From the sequence record MG673519.1: DNA of 64,000 nucleotides; one strand, 5' to 3'. Below, in pieces: positions 30,561 through 40,854 of this stretch (position 1 is the stretch's first letter; each line of letters opens with the position of its first letter). The translations under genes and the position numbers were made by a program. Source of the DNA: Escherichia phage LAMP. The notes below the pieces were generated by a model. It saw only the letters and a program-made list of their open reading frames with translations. It made no database searches and was not told the DNA's origin.

Positions 30561-30722
30561 CTAGAGGTTATTGATGAAATTAATCAGACGTTCTTCACTA
30601 TCATCAAAAGCTTTTCCAGCTGCTTCCATGTCCCAAGTATTGGCATTGTCAATAAAGCTCTGAGCTTCTAATAGATCGTGGATTAAGTCGAAGAGTTTAT
30701 TTTTATCTGATTGTGTGATCAT
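30561..30722 (-). CDS. Small hypothetical protein (about 53 aa)
   Basis: Own translation (MITQSDKNKLFDLIHDLLEAQSF...); last gene of the minus-strand module; below the track size cutoff. Confidence 0.3.
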   Translation of the reverse strand: MITQSDKNKLFDLIHDLLEAQSFIDNANTWDMEAAGKAFDDSEERLINFINNL

Positions 30723-30730
30723 GTAAGTTC

Positions 30731-31099
30731 CTAGATTAAATCGTAATATTGAATAATGTCAGAGAGTTTGAACTCTCGAATCTCGTCTTTCTCTACATCT
30801 ATCGCTGTCATAATCCAACAAGGTTTGCCACCGTTATGAAAACGGGAGCTAGCAACGGAGGTTCGGAGTGGAATAACGGACCGGTCAGCAACCTCGCCTC
30901 TCCAATTGCGATAGCGAAAGCGAAGCACTTGTTGCGTAGATTTTTGATCATCGCTCATTTCCTTTTTTGAATTGTTTTCTTGCATCATTCTCTTCTTTTG
31001 TTTTAATCTTATGACAAGGATCTTTACACAGAACCTGAAAACCTTCTTTCTCACACAGAGCACGAGAGATGATTTCATCCCAAGTAGCTTCATGGTCAA
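30731..31099 (-). CDS. Hypothetical protein (true start probably internal, near 30958-30988)
   Basis: Track ORF, 122 aa; the upstream third overlaps the HNH gene in another frame, so the real product is probably about 75-85 aa. Confidence 0.35.
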   Translation of the reverse strand: MTMKLLGMKSSLVLCVRKKVFRFCVKILVIRLKQKKRMMQENNSKKEMSDDQKSTQQVLRFRYRNWRGEVADRSVIPLRTSVASSRFHNGGKPCWIMTAIDVEKDEIREFKLSDIIQYYDLI

Positions 31100-31352
31100 G
31101 AGGTACTATAGGCTCTATGTGGTCAATAGCCATATCCTTTACAGGGTGGTCAGAACCACACATGGCACACTTAAAGTGCATTGCCAGTCTACCTGTCTTT
31201 GGATTAATCTTCTGTTCTGTCTTGGCTTCTGCTAGTGCATCGAACATGGGCTTCCACTTTCTAGTCAGAGAACGAATCCCTGACTTGATGAAAGAGTTGT
31301 AACGAGCTTCAGTCCAAGTTCCACTACATCGTGTCTTCTCAGACTTCGCCAT
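30948..31352 (-). CDS. HNH endonuclease
   Basis: 134 aa; Cys/His arrangement HFKCAMCGSDHP...DHIEPI...CKDPCH typical of HNH nucleases. Confidence 0.8.
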   Translation of the reverse strand: MAKSEKTRCSGTWTEARYNSFIKSGIRSLTRKWKPMFDALAEAKTEQKINPKTGRLAMHFKCAMCGSDHPVKDMAIDHIEPIVPLDHEATWDEIISRALCEKEGFQVLCKDPCHKIKTKEENDARKQFKKGNER

Positions 31353-31518
31353 AATCAGCTTCTTCCCAAACTCGTTTGTTTACACGATGACTCACTTTGC
31401 CCTCACGAGGAATACGACCTGTCCGCTGATCAAACAGTTGATGTTTAATCTTTTGATCTTTACGAGATTCACGATTGGAGGAGTTTTCATCATATGAACG
31501 ATAATCAAATTTACCCAT
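31339..31518 (-). CDS. Small basic protein (about 59 aa)
   Basis: Own translation (MGKFDYRSYDENSSNRESRKDQK...); frame and stop verified against track coordinates; overlaps the HNH start. Confidence 0.35.
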   Translation of the reverse strand: MGKFDYRSYDENSSNRESRKDQKIKHQLFDQRTGRIPREGKVSHRVNKRVWEEADYGEV

Positions 31519-31531
31519 TATAATATCCTTA

Positions 31532-32350
31532 TTACCAAGATTTATCTAACCATGTCCAGTCGAACAGGTCTTCCGGAGCCTGACCAACAAAGAGAAGCCG
31601 AGCATTCTCAAGCATTTTCTCTTCATCTTCAGTATCGAACTTCTTATAATATTCCATTCGTACTATATGATACATGGTCCACTTATCTGTAACCCCAGCC
31701 AACAACTTAGCTGCTGCTTTCTTCCCTATTCCTTGACGTCGAAGCTGAAGCTTACCGCCCCACATAACTTCTTTACGTTCTCCACATCCGGGGATATTAT
31801 CTGTACCATCTCCAATCAACATCTGATAGAAGAAGTTTTGCCATGAAACTAAATCAGATACATAGTGAGGAGGAACTTCTTTCTGTCTTTCTCCACAAGC
31901 CCAACGGTAGTGCCATCCGGGAGTTATCAACAAATCCTTGTCTCTAGTACAGATGATAGTGTTTTTATCCCTACGTTGCCTTTCAGCTAGTGCATCATCA
32001 GCCTCTCTCCCAAATACATCTATGTATTCATATTTACCTTTAATGTAATCACCGACATTTTGCCAGTGAAAAGGTCTTTCTCCGGGAGGTCTATTTGCTT
32101 TGTAGTCTTGCTGCTTAGCAACATCGAAACGGAAGTTACCGCCTTCGCTGAAGTAGAACACAACCTTACTGCAACCTGAGCGAGCAATGATAGTATCTAT
32201 CTTGTACTGAAGTCGTTCAATCATGAAATTATAATCAACTGGAACACGTCCTGTGTCAAGAAAGGGATGCTCCTGAGTAAGAGCACCCACTTCATATCGA
32301 AGAACGTCAGCATCCACTATAGCTACTTCAGGGAGCTTAACGTCTTCCAT
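31532..32350 (-). CDS. 5'-3' exonuclease / flap endonuclease (FEN-like)
   Basis: 272 aa; H3TH-type motif LIGDGTDNIPG and acidic clusters typical of T5 D15 / T7 gp6-like 5' nucleases. Confidence 0.7.
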   Translation of the reverse strand: MEDVKLPEVAIVDADVLRYEVGALTQEHPFLDTGRVPVDYNFMIERLQYKIDTIIARSGCSKVVFYFSEGGNFRFDVAKQQDYKANRPPGERPFHWQNVGDYIKGKYEYIDVFGREADDALAERQRRDKNTIICTRDKDLLITPGWHYRWACGERQKEVPPHYVSDLVSWQNFFYQMLIGDGTDNIPGCGERKEVMWGGKLQLRRQGIGKKAAAKLLAGVTDKWTMYHIVRMEYYKKFDTEDEEKMLENARLLFVGQAPEDLFDWTWLDKSW

Positions 32351-32351
32351 A

Positions 32352-33522
<1,171 letters not shown>

Positions 33523-33769
33523 AATGCATCTCTTTATAAATAGTTTCCGTGTTCTTCTTCCAGTTAGATAAACCGGTAAGAACCCTCTGAGCAACTTCAT
33601 CAGCTGCCTTGCTTCTTTCAATCTCTAACTCTTGTTGATGCTTTTCTTTATCCAGATTGTTACTATCTGTTCTGTACTCATTAAACTTCATTCCGCCAAA
33701 GAACACCAGAGCAGAGAAGATAACAAATCCTAGATTATCACTTAAAGTGCTTTGCATATTGACCCCAAC

Positions 33770-33793
33770 GAAAAAAGCCACCCGAAGGTGGCT
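33770..33793 (-). terminator. Intrinsic terminator after the SSB gene
   Basis: On the minus strand, GCCACC-loop-GGTGGC hairpin followed by UUUUUU. Confidence 0.5.
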
Positions 33794-33814
33794 AAGCTAT
33801 AACAAGGAGAGTTA

Positions 33815-34561
33815 TCAGAAAGGCGAATCGTTATCGTCTTCATAAGTAGAAGCAGGTTCTTTATCAATCGTAGGGATCGAAGGGGTAGCTTCTTTCTGTT
33901 CTGTTTCAGAAGCACGAGTAATTTCACGACCAGCCAGAGGTATGTTCTTAGCGTCATTAGCTTGAGTAAGCAGGTTGCGCTGGAACGGGAACATCAGTTG
34001 ATAAGATGCTACGTTCTCATCGGTTTCGGCATACGGTTCGAAGAATACCAGAGGACTACGAGCTTCACCAACTGCTGCACGATATTTGGTTGGGATTGGA
34101 GAAATGGTTTTGATGGAGTTTTTAACTTCACCAGCTTTGTTAGTGTAGGAGTTAACCAGAATGTTAACAGGCTGACCTAACAGCACATCCTTAAACCAAG
34201 ACAGATCACCTTTCAGTGCTTGAATGCTTGGGTCAATCATCTTGCAAAGATCAAGGATACCAGAGTTCTTAGCTCGTGGGTTTACATCATAACTCTTGAA
34301 CTGGCAAGCAGGACGTGGTTCTAATGCCTTACCATCGGAATCTTTACCCGTAGCATCAACACCAATCAGCTCGAAAGCCAAATCCATACGGAAAGCTGGA
34401 TTCTTAGGAGTTACTGCTTTGGTCTTCGGGTCAATCCAAGGGTCACGATTGTGAACACCCAAACCTACTACACGAACAATACGTGCTTCGTATTCACCAT
34501 CAGGGATTACATCGTAGTTGGATTTACGAGAAGAAGTTGCGATAGTTGGAATCATAGACAT
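33815..34561 (-). CDS. Single-stranded DNA-binding protein (T7 gp2.5-like)
   Basis: 248 aa; acidic C-terminal tail ending ...YEDDNDSPF, the hallmark acidic tail with terminal Phe of phage and bacterial SSBs. Confidence 0.6.
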   Translation of the reverse strand: MSMIPTIATSSRKSNYDVIPDGEYEARIVRVVGLGVHNRDPWIDPKTKAVTPKNPAFRMDLAFELIGVDATGKDSDGKALEPRPACQFKSYDVNPRAKNSGILDLCKMIDPSIQALKGDLSWFKDVLLGQPVNILVNSYTNKAGEVKNSIKTISPIPTKYRAAVGEARSPLVFFEPYAETDENVASYQLMFPFQRNLLTQANDAKNIPLAGREITRASETEQKEATPSIPTIDKEPASTYEDDNDSPF

Positions 34562-34982
34562 ATTTTAATTTCCTTATTTAATTTGAAAGATTGTTGCTCT
34601 CTTTGAGCGGTTATGTATAGTATACATTACGCTTATACCGATAAGAGTACTATATAATATAAGTATCTTTGGTAGTAGATATAACACACTAGTAATGTAT
34701 ATATTGTATAGCTAATAAAGTTATTGCAGGCTTGTACATTGGGCAATTCATAGAATCCCTTGCAAGTACCGAAGGGCAGGAGCCACCTGCGAGATAAAAA
34801 TAGAGAATTAAGGAATCCTTGATTTAGGTTGTAGGGACTCCTAGGGACTTTGATTCTCTATTTAAAAGAATAAATAATTACTATATCTAATACTAAACAG
34901 ACTGAAACAAAGATAAGAAACTTCTTATAAATACTCATTACTTATCATCTAAATAGTTAACTAATCTCTGATATAAAGAAGT

Positions 34983-35171
34983 TTAAATCAAGCATCCATC
35001 ACAAACATAGTCTCCACTAAGAGACTCTTGTAACAAACGATTTTGTTCCTCTGAATATAGAGAATTTACTAATTCTTTTAACTCTGAAAGAGTGATGAAA
35101 TCAATAGTATTTCCATTATCTAAAATAGAAGAGTTAAGTAAATATTCATTGTCTTTAATTTTATTAATCAT
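34983..35171 (-). CDS. Hypothetical protein
   Basis: ORF track, 62 aa. Confidence 0.45.
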   Translation of the reverse strand: MINKIKDNEYLLNSSILDNGNTIDFITLSELKELVNSLYSEEQNRLLQESLSGDYVCDGCLI

Positions 35172-35308
35172 TCTTCATTTCCTTTTACTTCAGCGTAGAC
35201 TTTGATAACGCCCTTAAGAACTTCCTTAGAAGCAATAGCACTTTCTTCAGAGGTGTGAATAGTAGAAAACTCTTTCTTTCCAATCTTGTAAGTGTGAACC
35301 CAAATCAT
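35168..35308 (-). CDS. Small hypothetical protein (about 46 aa)
   Basis: Own translation (MIWVHTYKIGKKEFSTIHTSEES...); GAGGAA SD; ATGA overlap with the downstream gene. Confidence 0.35.
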   Translation of the reverse strand: MIWVHTYKIGKKEFSTIHTSEESAIASKEVLKGVIKVYAEVKGNEE

Positions 35309-35310
35309 AC

Positions 35311-35472
35311 TTATTCCTCGTATTCCCAATTTCTTTCATAATATCCAGAGTTATAATTTAGAGCGCATCTCTCAGCCTCTTCTATGTCATCAGTGTTTAG
35401 GATATTTACCCACCCACCAACTTCATCAAAACCTTCTTCTACTTCATTAAACCATACACTATACTTTTTCAT
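35311..35472 (-). CDS. Small hypothetical protein (about 53 aa)
   Basis: Own translation (MKKYSVWFNEVEEGFDEVGGW...); ATGA overlap with the stop of the upstream gene. Confidence 0.35.
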   Translation of the reverse strand: MKKYSVWFNEVEEGFDEVGGWVNILNTDDIEEAERCALNYNSGYYERNWEYEE

Positions 35473-35861
35473 CGAATCACCAAAGGCTCTTCAGAGTACA
35501 CAGGAGCGGCTATTTCTACAGGAGGTGCTGCCCTAAGGTCATTAAGTCTTACTCCCTTCAGCATCCCATCTAGGTGGTCCTTTTTGGGTATTCCAACAGG
35601 GAAGTCGTCAATCCAGATATCTACAAAGAAACCTAACTGGCGACATACGTCATCTTTCTGAACACCATTGCAAAAGATGATAGGAATCTGCAAACGCTCT
35701 GCATCAATCTTAATGTCATGATTATCATACCCATTAGGCTCTGCAAAGCGGTAAGTTACAAAACGTACATCATAACCTTTGGCTTGCATTAATGCCACCA
35801 CAGATCGCCACAGCTCTTTATCTGAGGTGTAAGTATCATCGTAATCTAAACCAATATTCAT
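35469..35861 (-). CDS. Hypothetical protein with an HAD-like DxDxT motif (possible phosphatase or nucleotidase)
   Basis: 130 aa; N-terminal LDYDDTYT matches the HAD motif I pattern; otherwise unassigned. Confidence 0.4.
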   Translation of the reverse strand: MNIGLDYDDTYTSDKELWRSVVALMQAKGYDVRFVTYRFAEPNGYDNHDIKIDAERLQIPIIFCNGVQKDDVCRQLGFFVDIWIDDFPVGIPKKDHLDGMLKGVRLNDLRAAPPVEIAAPVYSEEPLVIR

Positions 35862-35874
35862 GTTGAATCCTTTT

Positions 35875-35903
35875 AGACAAGAAAAGCCGCCCTAAGGCAG
35901 CTT
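35875..35903 (-). terminator. Candidate intrinsic terminator
   Basis: On the minus strand, AAGCUGCC-UUAG-GGCGGCUU hairpin followed by a U-rich run. Confidence 0.4.
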
Positions 35904-35908
35904 CTTAT

Positions 35909-36085
35909 TTAACTATTCACTTTAGCTTCAAGTGTTTCATTTTCAATACTCAAGTCAATCACTACGCCAGTAAGCTCAACGACTGCTTGGCGAAGGGCGT
36001 CTTTACCCATAGAATGTACTTGAGATAAGAAGAAAGCTTTACCTTCTTCTGTGGATAGGGTTTCTTTTAATTCAGAAGCAGTCAT
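35909..36085 (-). CDS. Small hypothetical protein (about 58 aa)
   Basis: Own translation (MTASELKETLSTEEGKAFFLSQVHSMGKDALRQ...); AAGGAA SD. Confidence 0.35.
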   Translation of the reverse strand: MTASELKETLSTEEGKAFFLSQVHSMGKDALRQAVVELTGVVIDLSIENETLEAKVNS

Positions 36086-36099
36086 TGATGTTCCTTATT

Positions 36100-36291
36100 T
36101 TACATTGTATAAATTCGCATGATTGTACCACCATCAGCTTCAATAGCAGAAACAACTTCATCTCGTTCTTCATCCGTGTACACTAGTACGCTTTTAAACG
36201 AGCCAGTCACATCTGTGTACAAAATGTTGTACTTGGGAGGTGGTTTACGGTAAATACCTTCCATCATTCTTTCTCCTCTCGTTCTTTCCAC
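36100..36291 (-). CDS. Small hypothetical protein (true start probably the internal ATG-ATG near 36267)
   Basis: Track ORF, 63 aa; a GAGGAG SD precedes the internal MMEGIY start. Confidence 0.4.
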   Translation of the reverse strand: MERTRGERMMEGIYRKPPPKYNILYTDVTGSFKSVLVYTDEERDEVVSAIEADGGTIMRIYTM

Positions 36292-36461
36292 AGTTCAGCA
36301 AGCTCTAGGTAGAACTCAGCTTCATCAGGACGTCCTTGTTCATTACAGATGGCGCTTTGACGATAACACCAATCTGATGGCATCTCTTCCACTTCAATCT
36401 CCTTATTATGAACTAATCAATAAGACTAGTTCATTTGTATTTCAATCTTTCAGTTCTGAAT

Positions 36462-36943
36462 TTAGTGTGTATGCATCCAGTTTAACCCAATCTGACAATC
36501 AGAAGCCAGAGGACATTCCATGTTCAAGTACTCACCAGCCTTCTTAACACAAAGCTCGGTGTACTCTTTGAGTTTCTGTACATCATTACGGTTCACTGAG
36601 AACTGGCCCTCATCGTGCATATCAATTACCTTAGCACAACGAACTCCATCTTTCTCAATCCACTTGTTAAGGAACATCATAGCATATTTCATAACAACAG
36701 CACCAGCACATTGTAGGAGTGTGTTAAGGGCTTTATGAACCATAACCTTACCAGTGGCATCCCGTCTCATTGTAATCTTACGACCATCAACGCCAATCAA
36801 ATACCCTTGAGCAGCTTTCTCTGTCATACGATCAATGAGGATTGCAATACAAGGATTCTCTGCCAAGAAGCGTGCTCGCATCACTGAACCTTCGTCAGCT
36901 CCACCACCTACGATTGAACCAAGCTTAGCATCACCTGCCCCAT
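36462..36943 (-). CDS. DNA polymerase (family A, T7 gp5-like), exon 2 (palm C-terminal part, motif C)
   Basis: Frame open upstream of the track start (36884) to about 36943; contains VIDMHDEGQF (motif C-like). Joining to exon 1 reconstitutes ...RDNAKTFIYAFN|YGAGDAKLGSIVGG..., matching the motif B region of T7-type polymerases. Confidence 0.7.
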
Positions 36944-37247
36944 CAATAGTTCAAGCAAAGGCGCTACTCTTTGCTCCGTTCTCTTATGAACTGCTTACAG
37001 TTTCCTGTAAGATCGGACTATATCTTCATCTCCACCTTTACGTGCTGAGAGACAGGCGCTTCCGTAACACTTGTTACGTACTCCCTTCCGGGATAGTCTC
37101 TGAACTTTCCGTGACACAAACTTTTCTACATAGATCATTGATGTTTATGTCACGGCTTAGCTGCTGATTGGCATATCTTTCGACTTAGCTTTCCAGCAAT
37201 TCACCTGTTTTGCTTCTGCACATTTCTATGCAGTGAACCAATTATTT
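36944..37247 (-). ncRNA. Group I self-splicing intron (ORF-less, about 300 nt) within the DNA polymerase gene
   Basis: On the minus strand the core elements appear in order: P-like AATTGCTGGAAAG, Q-like AATCAGCAGC, R GTTCAGAGACTA, S AAGATATAGTCC. The upstream exon ends in U and the intron ends in G. Boundaries are +/-2 nt. Confidence 0.7.
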
Positions 37248-38610
37248 AGTTAAAGGCATATATAAACGTCTTCGCATTATCACGAGTAGGAAGACCAGCA
37301 AGTTTCTGGTTGTGGGAGTGGATATCACCTTCAAGAAGGATATCACGATACATAATAGCAGAAGCTAAACCACGTTCTGCCAGAGCTTTCTTAGCTGGAT
37401 TATTCTCTTCGATTGCTTCAGCAAGCATATCCCTACACTCTTTAATGAGGTAGTGAGCGAGCATACGAAGTTCAAGTCCAGAACCATCATACCCTAAGAA
37501 TACTTCTTTACCAGCGGGTATGTAATATTTGTAAGCACCTACAGGCTTATCTTTCTTCCCCGGCTTACCTTTCTCGTAAATTACGTTAGTACCTTTTCGT
37601 ATATAACAACCATCAGGAACAACGTTAGTAATAACGAAAGGACGAGAGTGATCACTGTCTGAATTATAGTCAGACTCAAACAAACTGCGACACTCATGAC
37701 CAAACAAACCACGGGAGGGAATATTAACCACGATACGATGTTTGAATCGAAAAGTTGGCGTAGCGCAGCTGTTAGCTTCTGCCGAAAGTTTACCATCTTC
37801 GCGTTCCTTTGCTATGAGTCCACTGATAAGACCTAGCCTGTGAGCCGCTACAACGCGCCTCTTAAGCAAACTTCCAACACTCCCTAGCTCGCCCCCTAAC
37901 CCTTCTTCAAGAGTCTCCTCGAGGTTTGTAGGAGCTGTAGGCCACTTGTTTGAGGTAGCTAGTGCTATCTTAATCTCATCAAACGTGATAGGTCTACGTC
38001 GGTTAGGGTTTAAACCTAAACCAAACACATAAGCCTTCATATAGTTCTTAGTCTTAAACCTAAAATGCTTCTCTAAGAACCTCCTAATATCTGCGTCAAC
38101 CATCTCGGCTGTCTGCTTCTGTTTAGCATTACCTCGCATCCAAGCTGAATACCACGCTTGGTATGTTCCATACTTTCGTATATCTTTCTTGATTTCAAAA
38201 GTATTCCAAGGTTTCTTTGATACGTTAAACTCTGGAGGAAGAAAACCCTCATCCATAAGGGCTTCTTTAACTCGTGCATCTTTCGATGGGTCAAAGTCCA
38301 CGTATTCAACACAGGTGAATGCTCCACCAATGTCTTCTCTCTTAAGGCCAACTCTATCACAATAGGCTTGAGGCCACTTCTGTAAAGCTCCAGACTTCTT
38401 AAATGGCTTCATATAAGTAGAGCCATCTAGTCTCATCTTAGGTAAGAGAGGGATCAGTTCTTTGTCGATATTAACAATAATCTCTTTAAGGAGGTGAACA
38501 TACCACCGAGCATTTCTTCGGTTGAAACTCACTCCGTGCTTCGCTTGCTTAGAGATTATATCAGCGACAGTCATCTCTGTCAAAAATGGGAGAGCGTCCG
38601 GGTTGCTCAC
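37246..38610 (-). CDS. DNA polymerase (family A, T7 gp5-like), exon 1 (through motif B); no 3'-5' exonuclease domain
   Basis: 454 aa; motif A-like LGYDGSGLELRMLAHY and motif B-like RDNAKTFIYAF; the stop codon lies at the intron junction. GTG start in the track. My base-level indexing of the 3' end disagreed with the track by 1 nt, so I kept the track coordinates. Confidence 0.8.
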   Translation of the reverse strand: MSNPDALPFLTEMTVADIISKQAKHGVSFNRRNARWYVHLLKEIIVNIDKELIPLLPKMRLDGSTYMKPFKKSGALQKWPQAYCDRVGLKREDIGGAFTCVEYVDFDPSKDARVKEALMDEGFLPPEFNVSKKPWNTFEIKKDIRKYGTYQAWYSAWMRGNAKQKQTAEMVDADIRRFLEKHFRFKTKNYMKAYVFGLGLNPNRRRPITFDEIKIALATSNKWPTAPTNLEETLEEGLGGELGSVGSLLKRRVVAAHRLGLISGLIAKEREDGKLSAEANSCATPTFRFKHRIVVNIPSRGLFGHECRSLFESDYNSDSDHSRPFVITNVVPDGCYIRKGTNVIYEKGKPGKKDKPVGAYKYYIPAGKEVFLGYDGSGLELRMLAHYLIKECRDMLAEAIEENNPAKKALAERGLASAIMYRDILLEGDIHSHNQKLAGLPTRDNAKTFIYAFN

Positions 38611-38626
38611 TTTATACTCCTTTAAA

Positions 38627-39049
38627 TTATTGGTAAAGTAAATCTGTAAATGCTTGGTTGTCTTCTACTACATCTAGCAAGGTTGCTTCGTTACTATAAG
38701 ACCTAACTGTCCCGTTGACAACTGTCCGAGTAGGAGAGGGAGGTGGTGTATGGTTAGCTCTAGCTTCACGAGGTTGCTCTCGTACTAAATGAGCCATAGC
38801 CATTTGGTTAGCGACTTCTTCTCTTTCTCGAATAGCTCTCTGAATATAAGCTAGCTTCATGCCCCAAGCTTCTTCAAATTCTTGAGGATGTTTGTCACTG
38901 ATAACCACATATTGACGTTCAGGGATACCAGAGCGAATCTCTGATAAGAGTTCACAGAACAAATCCAGTTCGTGTTCAGTGAGATTCATTTCGATATCAT
39001 CCCACTTGAGAACTAGGAAACGGTTTTGATATCTAGTCGGTAATGGCAT
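38627..39049 (-). CDS. Hypothetical protein
   Basis: ORF track, 140 aa. Confidence 0.5.
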   Translation of the reverse strand: MPLPTRYQNRFLVLKWDDIEMNLTEHELDLFCELLSEIRSGIPERQYVVISDKHPQEFEEAWGMKLAYIQRAIREREEVANQMAMAHLVREQPREARANHTPPPSPTRTVVNGTVRSYSNEATLLDVVEDNQAFTDLLYQ

Positions 39050-39052
39050 AGC

Positions 39053-39307
39053 TTAACCTTTAGGGAATGGGATGAGGTTTTCTACTGCAACACGGAATTC
39101 TTTCTCTACATCTTTATTCTTATAAGAAATAAATTTCCCATCAGCACCACGGAGGATTACGTTAGTACGAGCTGTTTTTGGGTTATGACTGATTTGGTTT
39201 GCAATGAGACTAATGTTGAGTTTAGTGTTGTGGTTATTGGTGAATTTCCACTTAGCCAGACGGTTAGTCATTACATCAATGATAGTTACAGTTTTTACAA
39301 TAGACAT
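39053..39307 (-). CDS. Hypothetical protein
   Basis: ORF track, 84 aa. Confidence 0.5.
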   Translation of the reverse strand: MSIVKTVTIIDVMTNRLAKWKFTNNHNTKLNISLIANQISHNPKTARTNVILRGADGKFISYKNKDVEKEFRVAVENLIPFPKG

Positions 39308-39340
39308 AGTTATTCCCTAAGAAGTTTAGTTTGGTTTATA

Positions 39341-39370
39341 TAAAAGAAAAGGCCACCCATTTGGGTAGCC
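39341..39370 (-). terminator. Candidate intrinsic terminator
   Basis: On the minus strand, GGCUACCC-AAAU-GGGUGGCC hairpin followed by UUUUCUUUU. Confidence 0.45.
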
Positions 39371-39375
39371 TTATA

Positions 39376-39693
39376 TTACGATGAGCTTAAAGCTCCTTTG
39401 CGTGCTCCAGCTGCTTTTCCAGCTCGATCACCACTTTTGCCGCCGTTTGAACGGTTTGAGCTGACTGATTCAACACGTAAGTTGCTTGACGCATTAGAGC
39501 CTCCAGACTTGACAGCTCGTTTGTGTCCAACGTCTTTACCTCTGACAGCAGCTTTTCCATCGCGCTTTTCAACGATGCGACGTGCACGGTGGCGCTGAGC
39601 ATCTCCGCTCTTGCTCCCAATGCCTGTCTCACCACGGGCAATTGCGGTACGTCTTTCTTGTGCATAATCTCTCTTTCCTACATGGTCTGCCAT
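39376..39693 (-). CDS. Gly/Arg/Lys-rich basic protein (possible KGG-type stress-protein-like)
   Basis: 105 aa; AAGGAG SD 6 nt before the ATG. An overlapping alternative-frame ORF (39387..39665) also looks protein-like. Confidence 0.4.
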   Translation of the reverse strand: MADHVGKRDYAQERRTAIARGETGIGSKSGDAQRHRARRIVEKRDGKAAVRGKDVGHKRAVKSGGSNASSNLRVESVSSNRSNGGKSGDRAGKAAGARKGALSSS

Positions 39694-39747
39694 TTAGAAC
39701 TCCTTAATATATCAGTGTACACTAAGGAGTATACATTATGAATGATG

Positions 39748-39993
39748 TTAAAACTCTGCTAAGTATTTAATATCAGAGGCATATACCTCATCAAAGGAAA
39801 TAACTTCTCCATTGTAAAGAAGTTCTATCTTCAATATACCAGAGCATTTGGTGTCTTTAGAATCAACCCTGATAGAGAGTTTATCAATTATCTGAGCTTT
39901 AATCTCTTCTATCATTAACTCTTGAGTGTTATTCACTCCACCCTCCCGGTGGTACAAAATCATCAGGAACGTCAATGATAGTAGGTTCTCCAT
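39748..39993 (-). CDS. Hypothetical protein (start uncertain)
   Basis: ORF track, 81 aa; overlaps the upstream ORF by about 65 nt, so the true start may be the internal Met near 39915. Confidence 0.4.
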   Translation of the reverse strand: MENLLSLTFLMILYHREGGVNNTQELMIEEIKAQIIDKLSIRVDSKDTKCSGILKIELLYNGEVISFDEVYASDIKYLAEF

Positions 39994-40114
39994 TATTCAT
40001 GCAGGTGTCTTCATTGAACTCTTCACACTCAAAGCATGCTCGTTCGATATTTTTGTAGAAGTCGATGATTGCTGAACCATCACCACAATCTCGGATAACT
40101 AGAGCTACTTGCAC
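39929..40114 (-). CDS. Hypothetical Cys-containing small protein
   Basis: ORF track, 61 aa. Confidence 0.35.
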   Translation of the reverse strand: MQVALVIRDCGDGSAIIDFYKNIERACFECEEFNEDTCMNNGEPTIIDVPDDFVPPGGWSE

Positions 40115-40854
40115 TTCTCTTGTCCTTTTTCCATTGCTTTAACAATAGCTTTACAGAAACCAGAACGAACAATGTCATCTGATTCACCATCTACAATCTC
40201 AGCGAACTCATACAGATCATGTTCATCAATAAAGTTAGTAGCCCAAGTAAGACCACTCTCACGACCACGCATGTCATGCTGGTTAGTATCACCCATGCAG
40301 AACAGTTGAGAGGTTTCTCCCAATCGAGTCATGATTGAGAAGGCTTCATCTTTAGTGGTGTTCTGGAATTCATCAACAATAACAACAGCATCATTGAAAG
40401 AACGACCACGGAGATATTCCAGAGGTACGAACTCAATATTACTGTTACCAAGCTGGCATTCATAGAACCCCTTACCATATCGCTGAGTAATAACATCGAT
40501 GATAGGCATCAGGTATGGTTCAAACTTCTCACGCATCCCTCCCGGAAGTAACCCAAGAGAGTTGCCCATACCAACTGAAGGACGGCTAAGAATGATCTTC
40601 TGAATCTTACCACTCTTCAGAGCATCGATAACTGTAGAAGTGATTACATAGGTCTTACCACAGCCCGCAGGAGCGTCTGTGAACACAACTTGCTTAGTCT
40701 TAATGGCATTTAGCAGCTCAGACTGAAACTGGTTCTGAGGGACTACAGGCTTTGCTAAAACCACCTCTTCATACTCTCGTTTACCCTTACGAGTGACAAG
40801 TGCTTCCCGACGAAGGTCTTTCCGTGATTCTTTCCGTGATTGACGACGACTCAT
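40105..40854 (-). CDS. phoH: PhoH-like ATPase
   Basis: 249 aa; Walker A ...DAPAGCGKTYV... in the context typical of PhoH-family proteins. Confidence 0.8.
   Translation of the reverse strand: MSRRQSRKESRKDLRREALVTRKGKREYEEVVLAKPVVPQNQFQSELLNAIKTKQVVFTDAPAGCGKTYVITSTVIDALKSGKIQKIILSRPSVGMGNSLGLLPGGMREKFEPYLMPIIDVITQRYGKGFYECQLGNSNIEFVPLEYLRGRSFNDAVVIVDEFQNTTKDEAFSIMTRLGETSQLFCMGDTNQHDMRGRESGLTWATNFIDEHDLYEFAEIVDGESDDIVRSGFCKAIVKAMEKGQEKCK

Noticed and set aside
36835-37167. 110-aa plus-strand ORF spanning the polymerase intron, which could be mistaken for an intron-encoded homing endonuclease
   Set aside because: It lies on the strand opposite to the intron and polymerase, and has no HNH, GIY-YIG or LAGLIDADG motif. 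The intron is interpreted as ORF-less.
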